Virus record (IMG/VR): IMGVR_UViG_3300020191_000954
Reading direction: 5' to 3' (one strand)
Origin: an uncultured virus (IMG/VR IMGVR_UViG_3300020191_000954)
Lineage: Duplodnaviria; Heunggongvirae; Uroviricota; Caudoviricetes
Length of the DNA: 59,854 nt
Below the pieces are notes generated by a model. The model was not told where the DNA came from, did not search any database, and saw only the letters and a program-made list of their open reading frames with translations. Positions 49,301-56,093 of the stretch are shown here, piece by piece (within the stretch, counting starts at the first letter, position 1; each line of letters opens with the position of its first letter). The translations under genes were made by a program, and so were the position numbers.

Positions 49301-52128
49301 ATATAATCTTGTCCTTGTACTAACAATACATCATTACGATATACACTTACTGCTTGATTTGATAATTTAGATAAACTAAACTCTGCTGATAAACTATAAT
49401 AATCCTGTGAAGCATTAGTAACTGTATGTGTAATTACATTACTAACTCCATGTCCGATCATATCGCTAAAATAAAACGGCATATCATTTGTTTTATTACG
49501 ATTAAGTTCTTGTATTACTTTATCAAAATGTATTCTAGTTTGACCGTCAAACCCTAAGTTTTCAGCAACTTGTAAAAAAGTTCTTCTAAATTTTCCGTAT
49601 TCACTTCTAGCATACTTGAGTGCTTTAATAATATTTGCAGTTTTATCTGTTAGATGGTATACTGCAAGATTAGCTAATCCACTATGTTGTGTAAATCTAG
49701 TACCATATGCTGATAAGTTTCCTAAGTCTCTTAGATTACTTGTTCCTGGAAAAGATCCAGCCCAGTCATCTCTAAAATCAGTGATACTTTCAACATGGTC
49801 GTTTACTTCACCTAATGTAAACGAATCAATATTTTCATTTTTAGGATTATGTTCATAGTTAATTGGAAATTCGTAACTACCATTAGCATTTTTATTTGTA
49901 GCACTATCAGTTTTAATTAATAGTGTATCATCTTCAACAAGGTCGTTAACAAATGTAACATATGCTACACCGTTAATTCTATTAATAGTATAATCTGTAT
50001 TTTCTGTTTTACGCTTATCATTAACATAAACTCTAGTCCAAAGATCGTTTAAGTCTCCACTACGATCATAAACATCAATAGCAAAATCATTAAGTTGAGT
50101 ACTTACAATATATTGTCTATTAACTAACTGTTTACTTTCTGCATTGCCTTTGGTCCAGCCACTTACATATGTAAATGTTTCTCTATCAGTATATTGACGC
50201 AATGTGCCGCTGTCTGATTTTACATTTACTACTGCATTATTTTTTTGGTATGTATGAAAAGTGTTTAATAAGTTGAAATTAAATTCAATGTCGCCAGTAT
50301 TTTCTAAAGCTCTATAGCTTAACGGAAATCCTAATTCAACATCATTTGTACCTGTACCTTGTTTATAGCTAAAAAGTTTATTACCTACAAACGTTGAACT
50401 TGGATAATACAAAGTATCAGAAAAACTATATCCAACACTATCATACAAATCAAACATTGGAGTTTGGTTAGTGGCTGTTTTTTCTTGGCCAATACACCAT
50501 TTAGTTCCGTTGTAGTACCACATTTTACCTTTGTTAACATTACCAGCTTCAACTAACACTACTTCGTTTAGTAATGGGTCAGTATCATCTACTCTAATTA
50601 AACTAATTTGTCTAACATTATTATGAGTAATAAATTTTACTTTAAAAATTTTATTTTTAACAAACGAATCTGTATCAGCTGTAAATAGCAAACGCATTCC
50701 GTCTGCAATTTCAACACCGTCAATGTTATAACCTAACGAACCTTCAATAGTACTAAAGACGTCAGTTGTAAATGTATCAATTAAATCTACATTTTCTTTT
50801 GCTTCTGTACCAAATTCATGTAATTTAATATTTTCATTAAATTCAATAATAGGACGTTTGGCTCTATTTGTTTGATCAATTTCTGGAACAATGCCATTGA
50901 TAGTTGCTGTAGTTTCTATTACAGTTTTATGTGTCCATCTATTGTATCTTGCCCACGGATTTAAATCACGACTTGATCTATTCATACAAACGTAATCTTT
51001 TGTTCCTGCATAACTGTTTGCATTACTAAAAGGAACTCTATCAAAATTTTCTGAATCAAATGGTACTGGTTTATCTGTAGCATATGTTCCAGGAATTTGT
51101 ACATTCGCTTCTGAAACTAATTTAATTTTGTCTCCAACACCTTCAACATACCACTCGCCTTGTGCATATTTTGCAGGTGTTACTTCGCCTTGGAAGTATA
51201 CTTTCATTCCATTGGATAACGAATACCCATTAGACATTACATATTCTTTTTTACCAAGTATTTCGGATTCAACGTCTATTGAACTGTTATCTTCAATATC
51301 ATAAATCTTAATTAATCCACTAGTATTAATATCGTTACCATTAATATAATACAGCGTGTCTGGAGCATTTATGTCTACTTCAAAAGTAACAGTACCAACG
51401 TCAGTTGTTTGTGTACTATCATCAATACCTGTAGTATACAATACTTCAGCATCTAAACTTCTTGCAGTTCTAAATGTTAAAGGCATTCCAGGAGTATTAA
51501 TTTCGAACGTGTAAGTTTGTCCTCTATATAATTTTAATGAAGGATTTTGTGTCTTACCGTCTGGCGAAAATACATATGCTGTGTTATCAATATTATCTTG
51601 GCTAGTAACAGTAAACGTACTAGTAATATCTTTAACTTGGCCAACGATGCCAATGCCGATTGGTCCGTTTGGTAACCAATAGTATTCTCTGTAGTTAGTA
51701 AACTTGTCCCAATTAATGTGTGGGTTCCAAGCATAATATTCTTGTTTATTTAAAACACTATCATTATCAACTGTGCCGTTAAATGCTTTAATTTGATTTT
51801 TAAAATCGTTATAATCTTTGTAAAAATTAACATTACCTAATTCGTCTTGAATAAGTGTTGCAGGTTCAAATTGATAATTTTCTCTATCAGTTGATGTATC
51901 TGATACATAATTATCAGAAGCAATTCTAGCTTTTGCAATACGTCTTCCATAGTATGCTGAAATCTTTTCAGCAACTCCTGGATTTAAAAGTTGATCAAGT
52001 GTAGCACTAAGAAACTTTTTATTTGATTCGGTTCTAAAATACTTAGGTAAGTGGTCAACACTAGCTCTCTTATTCTGATTGGCTCCTACTGGAAGAGCAT
52101 TATCAGATTGATTGTCGTTAAAAGCCAT
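37315..52128 (-). CDS. Giant (4937 aa) multidomain virion structural protein, probably baseplate wedge/receptor-binding scaffold
   Basis: 14.8-kb uninterrupted ORF directly after the gp6-like gene, in the T4 gp7 position. Contains NPGSGY-type repeats, FG-GAP-like repeats, CBM5/12-like repeats and 'FTGDGS..F' repeats. Confidence 0.75.
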   Translation of the reverse strand: MAFNDNQSDNALPVGANQNKRASVDHLPKYFRTESNKKFLSATLDQLLNPGVAEKISAYYGRRIAKARIASDNYVSDTSTDRENYQFEPATLIQDELGNVNFYKDYNDFKNQIKAFNGTVDNDSVLNKQEYYAWNPHINWDKFTNYREYYWLPNGPIGIGIVGQVKDITSTFTVTSQDNIDNTAYVFSPDGKTQNPSLKLYRGQTYTFEINTPGMPLTFRTARSLDAEVLYTTGIDDSTQTTDVGTVTFEVDINAPDTLYYINGNDINTSGLIKIYDIEDNSSIDVESEILGKKEYVMSNGYSLSNGMKVYFQGEVTPAKYAQGEWYVEGVGDKIKLVSEANVQIPGTYATDKPVPFDSENFDRVPFSNANSYAGTKDYVCMNRSSRDLNPWARYNRWTHKTVIETTATINGIVPEIDQTNRAKRPIIEFNENIKLHEFGTEAKENVDLIDTFTTDVFSTIEGSLGYNIDGVEIADGMRLLFTADTDSFVKNKIFKVKFITHNNVRQISLIRVDDTDPLLNEVVLVEAGNVNKGKMWYYNGTKWCIGQEKTATNQTPMFDLYDSVGYSFSDTLYYPSSTFVGNKLFSYKQGTGTNDVELGFPLSYRALENTGDIEFNFNLLNTFHTYQKNNAVVNVKSDSGTLRQYTDRETFTYVSGWTKGNAESKQLVNRQYIVSTQLNDFAIDVYDRSGDLNDLWTRVYVNDKRKTENTDYTINRINGVAYVTFVNDLVEDDTLLIKTDSATNKNANGSYEFPINYEHNPKNENIDSFTLGEVNDHVESITDFRDDWAGSFPGTSNLRDLGNLSAYGTRFTQHSGLANLAVYHLTDKTANIIKALKYARSEYGKFRRTFLQVAENLGFDGQTRIHFDKVIQELNRNKTNDMPFYFSDMIGHGVSNVITHTVTNASQDYYSLSAEFSLSKLSNQAVSVYRNDVLLVQGQDYIFETGFEGFVKFLADNTINDIITIYEYENTDGSYIPETPTKLGLYPAYIPVKFVDNTYGVDQNVIRGHDGSIFVAYDDFRDDLLLELETRIYNNLKVKYDPTLFDIHDFVGGSFRDTSIPKWALDKGMIAEFIDWLSVIGNVDYTDYSFYEPTNTFTYNYSATNNGAGTKNLGYWRAVYKQAFDTDRPHTHPWEMLGYSVKPTWWETQYGAAPYTSENILLWQDLEDGIAREPGAPAKYLKKYKRPNLTKWIPVDDAGQLLSPVDSNYAQEFVLGNTKNPFKFGDEGPTESAWRKSSEYPFALLISLILNQPSKVLGLGWDRSRIIRDSSGTIVYSTTGKRLRLEDLVFPNTTNDETRVNTCGLVNLIANYLNSKDINVYSNYQANVKAIDNKLGIKIGGFTEKSKFKLILDSRTPYNEGNVFVPEENYQIFLNTSSVTELVSYSGVIIEKKPEGFVLRGYDKVNPYFKWFTPTPKADDPVVTVGGISEDFVIWSENQRYTDGAIIQFNNEFYVAKGDHITDTTFEQSNYQKLVTLPVKGGRSAFFRRNFNTELIREPAELAYGTMYRTIQEVVDFLLGYGKYLESRGFSFNKFNESIGDVENWRVSAKEFLFWTTQGWANDSVITLSPGANELKFSREYNVVDNIFDTFYDYSLLKADGKKLIPEYARVARDKDNEFTLQTRNTADGIYNVSIPLVQKEHVVILDNTTVFKDVIYDQAPGYRQARLKVMGYRTDAWTGGFNIPGFIYDSAKTTVWEPWTDYAVADTVKYKEFYYVAKVKIPGTNVFNNTEWEKLEVRPEAGLKANLDYKAKQFGDFYDLDTDNFDSEQQKLAQHLIGYQKRKYLENIINDDVSQYKFYQGFIQDKGTKNSLTKLFDALSNTDADSLDFYEEWAFRLGQYGSSTAFDEVEFTLDESQFRLSPQPVELVDTISGNETDLIYRIRPFETYLKPLGYNHKPFPTNDIQQNLLPTAGYVNPEDVTLSIATYDDLLTQSITALNVGDYVWIGKRGIEWDVLKYIRTNDRVLAVQTSSVTGVEELVLTLSRQSKYTVDEIVGVVDVAGAEKFYRVKRNELDTLICYPNGETEDAELVNGFVTKFNSNRTAGFDTANLLLSDYNNDLKVGETIWIDKDIDNNWLVLKNDPVHVQQQTISNVKTSDSSVEFGKVIAADSRNTTLAIATPGNNEVYLFGRTTDTVDFNHLQTIEAPGSLYYAGNGNFGKSVAISEDGEFLIIGAPQASNVKTLYKGPFSNSENYTAGDIVSYQQGIWKANYDISAASGAFSFNSYYASHDVAVPTFKDGAYPETVYAIRGRYSFDGATDHILVRAPLNQYTGSLAGDKISLQWNQYSQNYPTGILPFGVNGPGVASFEGLKPIASKIDAILFVENILRIPAVGDIVSTDTAIGTVQDIIISNVSSAMLYMTDVNGEFESSGTLITNSVSMGTYEAVEFTNPSSAFGGWWRIDGISSFTTTEKEITIPNIVIGDIVLASESRSAEITANTMDDVYAFNQDLGNPTRGGKIGILSHYDKLGLPVTEPYWFIRSPKTITDGLNVADTFQMSINQIKDSLNTIYDPSVLGLSVNYLNQPHVVYDLWDGYIDITFTNFTPPPVQVPYVPVEGDIVTEPFTGAYAEVVYVQESLLGARVFVKNLTGTFSYGNLHGATGDLYISNWQGQGFNRLTGRMESTDLTTSYSGKYIIVRNNDSTLLQVQSPSFKNEIEFQFYKQQTILGASRPANIPSPLNKEYTQILNIPIDPADGIASSYSNEGAYFVYNKTGSGEYSLQRGYTNLLRGDNKNLGTQLEVTKHNNLYTLFVSAPGDGTGSNPGRIHFIKNGSDELGEYEWQVTRDPLYKGVFSDASPYYTNDIVLYNNQFYQSITNQVASAFSASWKLLPLHTDFLGHVPNTSGYQPDGDSTFDNDGGTLYNFAHPFTVSKNGRVLATVADFENASPKIAIYRFENGHFEYTQVINTPVTSTKYASAISLSDDGELLAVGAPLDDSVSNDNGKVYLYKNNEGIFEEFQSLFSPDSSVAERFGQTVDFSGNELMVSSQGGNLVDNTSFDRYEVPMEPQPQTYLDDSTLVTAQYVNNKESDLASETTFDNNLTQFSKENLDSGEVFVYQYIGGYLLYAEKLTFNNSNVERFGEFIHASSNHIYVSMPELSSSNTGNNFIGTVVDYKRQRNELPWSGYRNPTKQVNLSKFKGVFIYNKDGSGTSTQLDYIDAIQGKIAGPAEEELAFTTPFDPATYTTSDQTTVNVDTENYWADEHVGKLWWDISTVQWIEPYQSNIIYNTANFNKLMVGASVDVYEWVESTLTPTQWLALADTEEGLSRGISGTPKYGTNTFVTKRLFNNASSKFYNRYYYWVKNTKIIPNLENRKSSAYDVAQLIEDPAAQGYKFVAIYGNNRFGLYNCTGLVEEDKKAINFRYWTIKNQDINSHNQYQIISDGLPTSKPKKDLEQKWVDSLVGVDVYNRPVPDPALAFKQKYGILNRPRQSMFKNNIEALKQVIERTNRVLAEQLIVDEYNFDQLLSKDPAPDLISSKYDVEIDTYSEISFVNISKVKPATLTPIFEEGKLIRVDITNPGSGYITVPTYEFEQVGDGVDAQVILTLNNSGGIASVTVRNPGKNYSTNTNLAVRLFSVLVKSDENVGNKWSIFEYNTASEQYQRTSTQSYDVSAWWDYIDWYASGYSKFTEVDYIIEQSYLLTSLDDTLGDIVKIKNIGAGGWLLLEKISNEEASDYTSNYRTIGRENGTIKFKESLYNFAISYVGFDGLSYDTSFYDNQPTRELRIILKALRDDIFVDALEVEYNQLFLASIRYAFAEQPFVDWAFKTSFIKAKHNAGELQQKVTFQNDSLPSYEDFVKETKPFKTKIREYLSNYTKTDSTSSSISDFDFAPQYNEDTQKIEPASVKVKDNLIYGQDVLLDSYPNKHWVDNVGFEVTSCSISDKGLGYTEIPIIKFVGGGGTGAKALAKLGSGGSIVNIEVTNPGSGYLSAPDIEIEGSLSTVNESRIAKASAQLGNSKIRAMHLRSKFDRVSGTFLITTLAETQTFTGNNSLTRFDVKWPMDVRRNQVTITVDGIEELQGNYSVTNTEYTDKSYTRYKGRIIFDNPPANNAVIVVTYKKDVSMLQAQDRINLFYNPTTGQLGNDISQLMDGIDYGGVQVKSFAFNTGTGYGNEPYYTTTWDSYDATYEDEIFQLDGSTQVLTLSAPLANGVTYNVYKNGIRIDDPEYDGSTVPGNPNAVMLSLVGDGVTDTFAIDNDKITTNTNDVIVIRKSTSDGSFLPDADAYDTMIQGGNMAYETAKGINAEEIVVDGDGFVTPLTSKGPEELVPGQLLDSVNIKVYDRINDGSSIINNYNYIYEASNTFKLDRVPASNKDIFVKANGTILDSSKFTVNYQEKTLQLDPSVAIVAGNPVNIITMSANGENILDADTFTGDGSTSVFVTSVKFKQGLSLFITQDGEPIDAVLAETDSTYETSGQVLLRLPVAPLPGKLIQYVIYDSSAKSFSQISVEEFTGTGSNQIFNLTTAPFTQRPLATSVVVKVGNKILTPGYNQQYVVSAVREYKLRDWQVGLAQIPAEKIKVFLNSVELDQSTGYIWNRFNSSVELFPGIGENGDILDVYLLGDGEYDFGQFDNNGFWVETPNTLYLTTAPMSGEKITVYQFSNHDVAKIERINLDVVARSTVTIGTPEYSEYNQLANGFIKLRTPAIDTQYVWLTKNGTLLSPNVEYALLEDNVTVKVSIDIDANDELEVIHFSNSTIIPKFGFSQFKDMLNRTHFKRLGDEVRYFLAEDLNYYDTSIKVSNADLLPFPNKERSIPGIVFINGERIEYYLKEGGVLRQLRRGTLGTGIATVHAKGTELIDQSNKQTVPYQDRTLQQTFTADGSTSSIVVDFIPKSVHEFEIFVAGKRLRKNAINTYDPTVDLDSPEADIVMPAEFSVDGVTSTVVLAETPPINTKIVVVRRIGRPWTDSGIPLHRQENDIARFLRTTEAALPK

Positions 52129-52141
52129 TTAGCTTATCCCC

Positions 52142-55100
52142 TTAATAAGATGTACTACTATACGTAGTGCCACTTGTAATTCCGTTAGTAGTGTTAGAAT
52201 TTGTTGCTGTTACAACATTTCCTGTCGCTTGTATTCTACTGGCAGTGATTGCGTCAATAACTTGTACATCGTCAACTGTTGCTCCACTAATAAAAATTTC
52301 ATTTGCTTCACCGCGTATTTCAAACAAACTACCAAATGTCTGTGACGATTGTTTAGGAACAATAATTAAACTTACTAAGTCTGGAGACACTTGATTCATC
52401 ACGTATGTGCTTAATTCTGTAAAGTAAAATGTATCACCAAAGTCCCAATTTTCTAATGCAAAAAATTGATTGATTGCAGTAATAACTTTTGATTTAATAT
52501 CGTTGTCATTAACAACTTGTTCTGGGTTTTTTACAATCTTAAATGTAGCCTGCATATTTGATTCTGCTTTTGTTCCAAACAGTACTTTGTACTTAACCGG
52601 ATGATAAATCACTTCGTCACTAATTGACTTGATTTTATTAATTTCTCCACCATAGCTGTTAAACAAGTTATCACTACTTGGAGGCAGTGGTAAAGTTGCT
52701 GTTACGCCATTTAAATACTGCCTAAATGCTGTGTCATATGTTTTTGTTAACAAATAGCAATCGTTGATATTAGTACTACTTGGATCAATACGAGCGTCAT
52801 CATCTGCTGTATGAACGTAATGGAATTTTAATTTATCACGACCTGTAAATGCTTTATAATCAGTAGTTTGTGTTAATAGTCCTGTAACATTGTTGTACAC
52901 TTTAAATACGTCTGTGTTTGCAACATAAAATACTTTACCGTTTGGCATTCCTGAAGTTTGAATAAAACTATCATTAGTTACTACGCTAATATTTTCAATG
53001 TCATTGTCAACATATTTAAAATCTTCAATGTTGTCTGATGTAACGTATTTCTTTAAGAAAACAAACTTTGAATTAACATTAACAGTTGGTGCAATTAATT
53101 CATTAAATGTATCAGGATCATCAACTACTGAATCATCATCTGTGTCGTAAAATCCTACTTCAACTTTTTTACTGTCAATATATCCTTCAGGGTCTCTGTA
53201 TTCTTTTGTAATTTGCCAAGGATAATCAATAGTAAATGGTGTTACGCCATCTGGTGTGGTATTAATTGATAACACTGAAATTTTATCTTTAACAATTTGT
53301 CCTGTCTTGTTATCGTAAATTTTTTGTTCGCTGTCATAGAAGAATTTAATTTCTTCGTTGCTTTCAAAAATATATCTTAGCCCTCTATAACTAATAGTAT
53401 ACTGCGATCCGTCTGTTTCAAATAATAGTAACCAACTTGCATCTAACTGTTGGTTAGTAATATCACCAGTTTTACCTGTACTAAAGTTACTTGTAATGTC
53501 TAAGTTATTTTCTGTAATTAAACGCCATTGTCTTAGATTAGTATCGTATCTTAAACCAAATGTTTTGTATGCAAATACTTGGTCAATTAATTGAGTTTTT
53601 ACATCAGCAACAAGTGCTTTACTAAACTTTGGTCTAATTTCGTTAAGTATTGCTCCTGTTGGAATAACATCATTAAACACAATAGGGCCGCTACCGTCAG
53701 TTTGATTAGATCTTCCATCACCAAACACACTCACTACCTTAGTCCATATGTAACGCTTTGTCCCTGCCGGTAAAACATTGCCGGTTCCTAATGTTCCATC
53801 TTTAGCAAAATACTGTCCTGTTGGTGCAACAAATTTAACTAAACTTCCTGATTCAATAAAACGTAATCCACTACCTGTAAATGATCCAACTTGATATGTA
53901 GAGCCAACTGAATCTAAAAACTGGCCTGTACTGTAATTTGTTGCATTTGAAACTTGCGACCAACTTGCTTGTAAATCAGCAACTAAAACCTTTGGAAAAT
54001 TATCTAGATAATAATTAATAACTGAATTTTTTGATAGTATTGGAGTAACTACATTTTCAATAGTTCCTTCAACGTCAGTTCTAGTACTAAACGTAAACAC
54101 TTCTTTACTGTTAATTAATTCTTTATATAATAATCCATCTGTTCCAAACAAACTAGTATTTGAATATTTTCCTGTAGAATCTAAAAGATCGTAATATCTA
54201 CTAATACCACTTGCAGATCTATTAACAGTTTTCACTTTAATAATTTCTTGGCTAATTCCTAATGGTGCTACTTGATAGTCTTCTCCTGTTACCATACGAT
54301 TCTGTGTATAATATGTAGAAGGAGCATTTGCTCTAATACTTGCATTTGACTCACTTATGCTTGAGTTGTCAACTGTGTATTTTAAAGAAAATACTAAATT
54401 CAATGTTGCATCATTTCCTGATTTTGCAATATAAGGAACTGTTACAGAAATATTTGTTAAGTCTTTTGGAACAATATTAAAACTGTCATTTGCACTAGTT
54501 CTGTAAAAGGCTTTAAACGAGCCTTTAGGAAGGTTACCAAATGTTCCGTCACTAAAGATCATGTCAATTGAGTCTTGTGTTTTTGTTAACACAGCATAAA
54601 TGTTTCTTTGATCTTTTCTTGTACTATTATAAACAATATTGTTACCTTCAACAGCATCAACTTTTGTCCACAATACGTCCTCTGCTCCAATTGAGTTTAA
54701 CTTGTACAACCAAACATCGTCATTGTTAACATTTGTTGCTTCAATACTTACTGTTTGGTTAGTACTTGGAGTATCAATATTAAACGTTCCGCTATCAAGT
54801 GTACCTTGACGGAAGTGTGCAAAAAATCCTGAGTTAGTTGATCCTGGACCTCTGCCGTCATCTCTATAAAGAAATCCTAAACTGTTTCCTGGAAACGGTG
54901 CTTCTTCAGAAATAACTCCGTTATTAACATCTGTACTAACAAGTTGAAACTGTAGACTTCTACCATCAACATTTTTACTAAAAGTATAAACCGGTACATC
55001 AGTGTTTGATGCATTAAATCTGTATTGATCTGTTGGAACGCCTTCAACACTATCTTTTTTAATTGGTTTGCCAATCTGCGAATTTATTGGTAGAGCGGCG

Positions 55101-55582
55101 TTTAACACTCTTTCAAACTGTTCTCTCCAATTAGAGTTACTAGGGTCGTTCCAAATAATTGATTGGTTAGCTAAATTTGATCCGTTACTATCAACAATGT
55201 CTTCTGATGTTGATACAGTTTCTAATTTAAGCAATCCGTTGGCCGCTTTGTTACGTTTAGGATTGTAAGAAAGTAAACGTGCTAAACGTAGAATACTTTC
55301 TCTACGTGATGCAAGTTCTAAAAAGTTTTCTCTTGAATTTAAGTCTACTCTAAAAGCAAGGTTTTGTCCTAAGAAAGCAATTAGGTCAATTAGTGCTAGG
55401 TATTCGCTTGATTCAATGTAATCATTAAAGTCCTCAGGATAATTTTCTCTAAGGTAGTTAATCATTGTTCTGCGTAAGTTGTCAAAATCATATGATTTGA
55501 ACTCAGCATTACGGAAAGACTGATACACCTTGGCCCAATCTTCTGCTATTAATAACCTATTTTGTCTATCTGTTGCCGCCAT
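52142..55582 (-). CDS. Baseplate wedge subunit, T4 gp6-like
   Basis: 'YDFDNLRRTMINYLR...FNDYIESSEYLALIDLIAF...ENFLELASRRESILRLARLLSYNPKR' and 'ESNASIRANAP...QNRMVTGEDY'. Confidence 0.82.
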   Translation of the reverse strand: MAATDRQNRLLIAEDWAKVYQSFRNAEFKSYDFDNLRRTMINYLRENYPEDFNDYIESSEYLALIDLIAFLGQNLAFRVDLNSRENFLELASRRESILRLARLLSYNPKRNKAANGLLKLETVSTSEDIVDSNGSNLANQSIIWNDPSNSNWREQFERVLNAALPINSQIGKPIKKDSVEGVPTDQYRFNASNTDVPVYTFSKNVDGRSLQFQLVSTDVNNGVISEEAPFPGNSLGFLYRDDGRGPGSTNSGFFAHFRQGTLDSGTFNIDTPSTNQTVSIEATNVNNDDVWLYKLNSIGAEDVLWTKVDAVEGNNIVYNSTRKDQRNIYAVLTKTQDSIDMIFSDGTFGNLPKGSFKAFYRTSANDSFNIVPKDLTNISVTVPYIAKSGNDATLNLVFSLKYTVDNSSISESNASIRANAPSTYYTQNRMVTGEDYQVAPLGISQEIIKVKTVNRSASGISRYYDLLDSTGKYSNTSLFGTDGLLYKELINSKEVFTFSTRTDVEGTIENVVTPILSKNSVINYYLDNFPKVLVADLQASWSQVSNATNYSTGQFLDSVGSTYQVGSFTGSGLRFIESGSLVKFVAPTGQYFAKDGTLGTGNVLPAGTKRYIWTKVVSVFGDGRSNQTDGSGPIVFNDVIPTGAILNEIRPKFSKALVADVKTQLIDQVFAYKTFGLRYDTNLRQWRLITENNLDITSNFSTGKTGDITNQQLDASWLLLFETDGSQYTISYRGLRYIFESNEEIKFFYDSEQKIYDNKTGQIVKDKISVLSINTTPDGVTPFTIDYPWQITKEYRDPEGYIDSKKVEVGFYDTDDDSVVDDPDTFNELIAPTVNVNSKFVFLKKYVTSDNIEDFKYVDNDIENISVVTNDSFIQTSGMPNGKVFYVANTDVFKVYNNVTGLLTQTTDYKAFTGRDKLKFHYVHTADDDARIDPSSTNINDCYLLTKTYDTAFRQYLNGVTATLPLPPSSDNLFNSYGGEINKIKSISDEVIYHPVKYKVLFGTKAESNMQATFKIVKNPEQVVNDNDIKSKVITAINQFFALENWDFGDTFYFTELSTYVMNQVSPDLVSLIIVPKQSSQTFGSLFEIRGEANEIFISGATVDDVQVIDAITASRIQATGNVVTATNSNTTNGITSGTTYSSTSY

Positions 55583-55607
55583 TTATTTGCTTTCCTTAGT
55601 ATAGTAG

Positions 55608-55614
55608 TATTTAT
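55608..55614 (-). promoter_or_regulatory. Putative late promoter core (ATAAATA)
   Basis: Minus strand CAATAAATACTACTATACTAAGGAAAGCAAATAAATG upstream of the gp6-like gene. Confidence 0.55.
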
Positions 55615-55635
55615 TGTATTGTGTTAAGTATGTAC

Positions 55636-56073
55636 TTAATTCACTCCCGCGTTTTCGTCAAATGTCAAACGCATTTTTTCACTGATATTATAAGGCAAAT
55701 ATGTCAATTCGCAGTCTATAATAATACCACTTTCGTATGTGTCAATGACAATTTGATTTACAATGACTCTTGGGTCCGAATTTACTATCCTTTTAACGTT
55801 TTCAGCTATTGCTTCTTCCATTGATGGTGTTAGCGGTTCAAACAATGCGTCCCAAATGATTGTTCCAAACTCGGGATTTTCTAATTTTTCGCCTTGGCGT
55901 ATATGGAAGTGATTAAGTAAATCTTGTTTAATCAGTCCAATGTCATACAACGTTTTACTGTTGTTCTCTGGATTAACAGTACTAAGGCCTCTATAAGCAC
56001 GATTAGTGGTTGTAGGATTTGCAGGACTTTTTACTGTATTAACTGTTACATTTTTATATAATTCACTTGCCAT
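55636..56073 (-). CDS. Baseplate wedge protein, T4 gp25/GPW-like
   Basis: 'LIKQDLLNHFHIRQGEKLENPEFGTIIWDALFEP...IVNSDPRV'. Confidence 0.88.
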   Translation of the reverse strand: MASELYKNVTVNTVKSPANPTTTNRAYRGLSTVNPENNSKTLYDIGLIKQDLLNHFHIRQGEKLENPEFGTIIWDALFEPLTPSMEEAIAENVKRIVNSDPRVIVNQIVIDTYESGIIIDCELTYLPYNISEKMRLTFDENAGVN

Positions 56074-56078
56074 AACAC

Positions 56079-56084
56079 TATTTA
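56079..56084 (-). promoter_or_regulatory. Putative late promoter core TAAATA, 5 nt before the gp25-like ATG
   Basis: Minus strand GGTAAATAGTGTTATG. Confidence 0.42.
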
Positions 56085-56093
56085 CCTTAAGTT

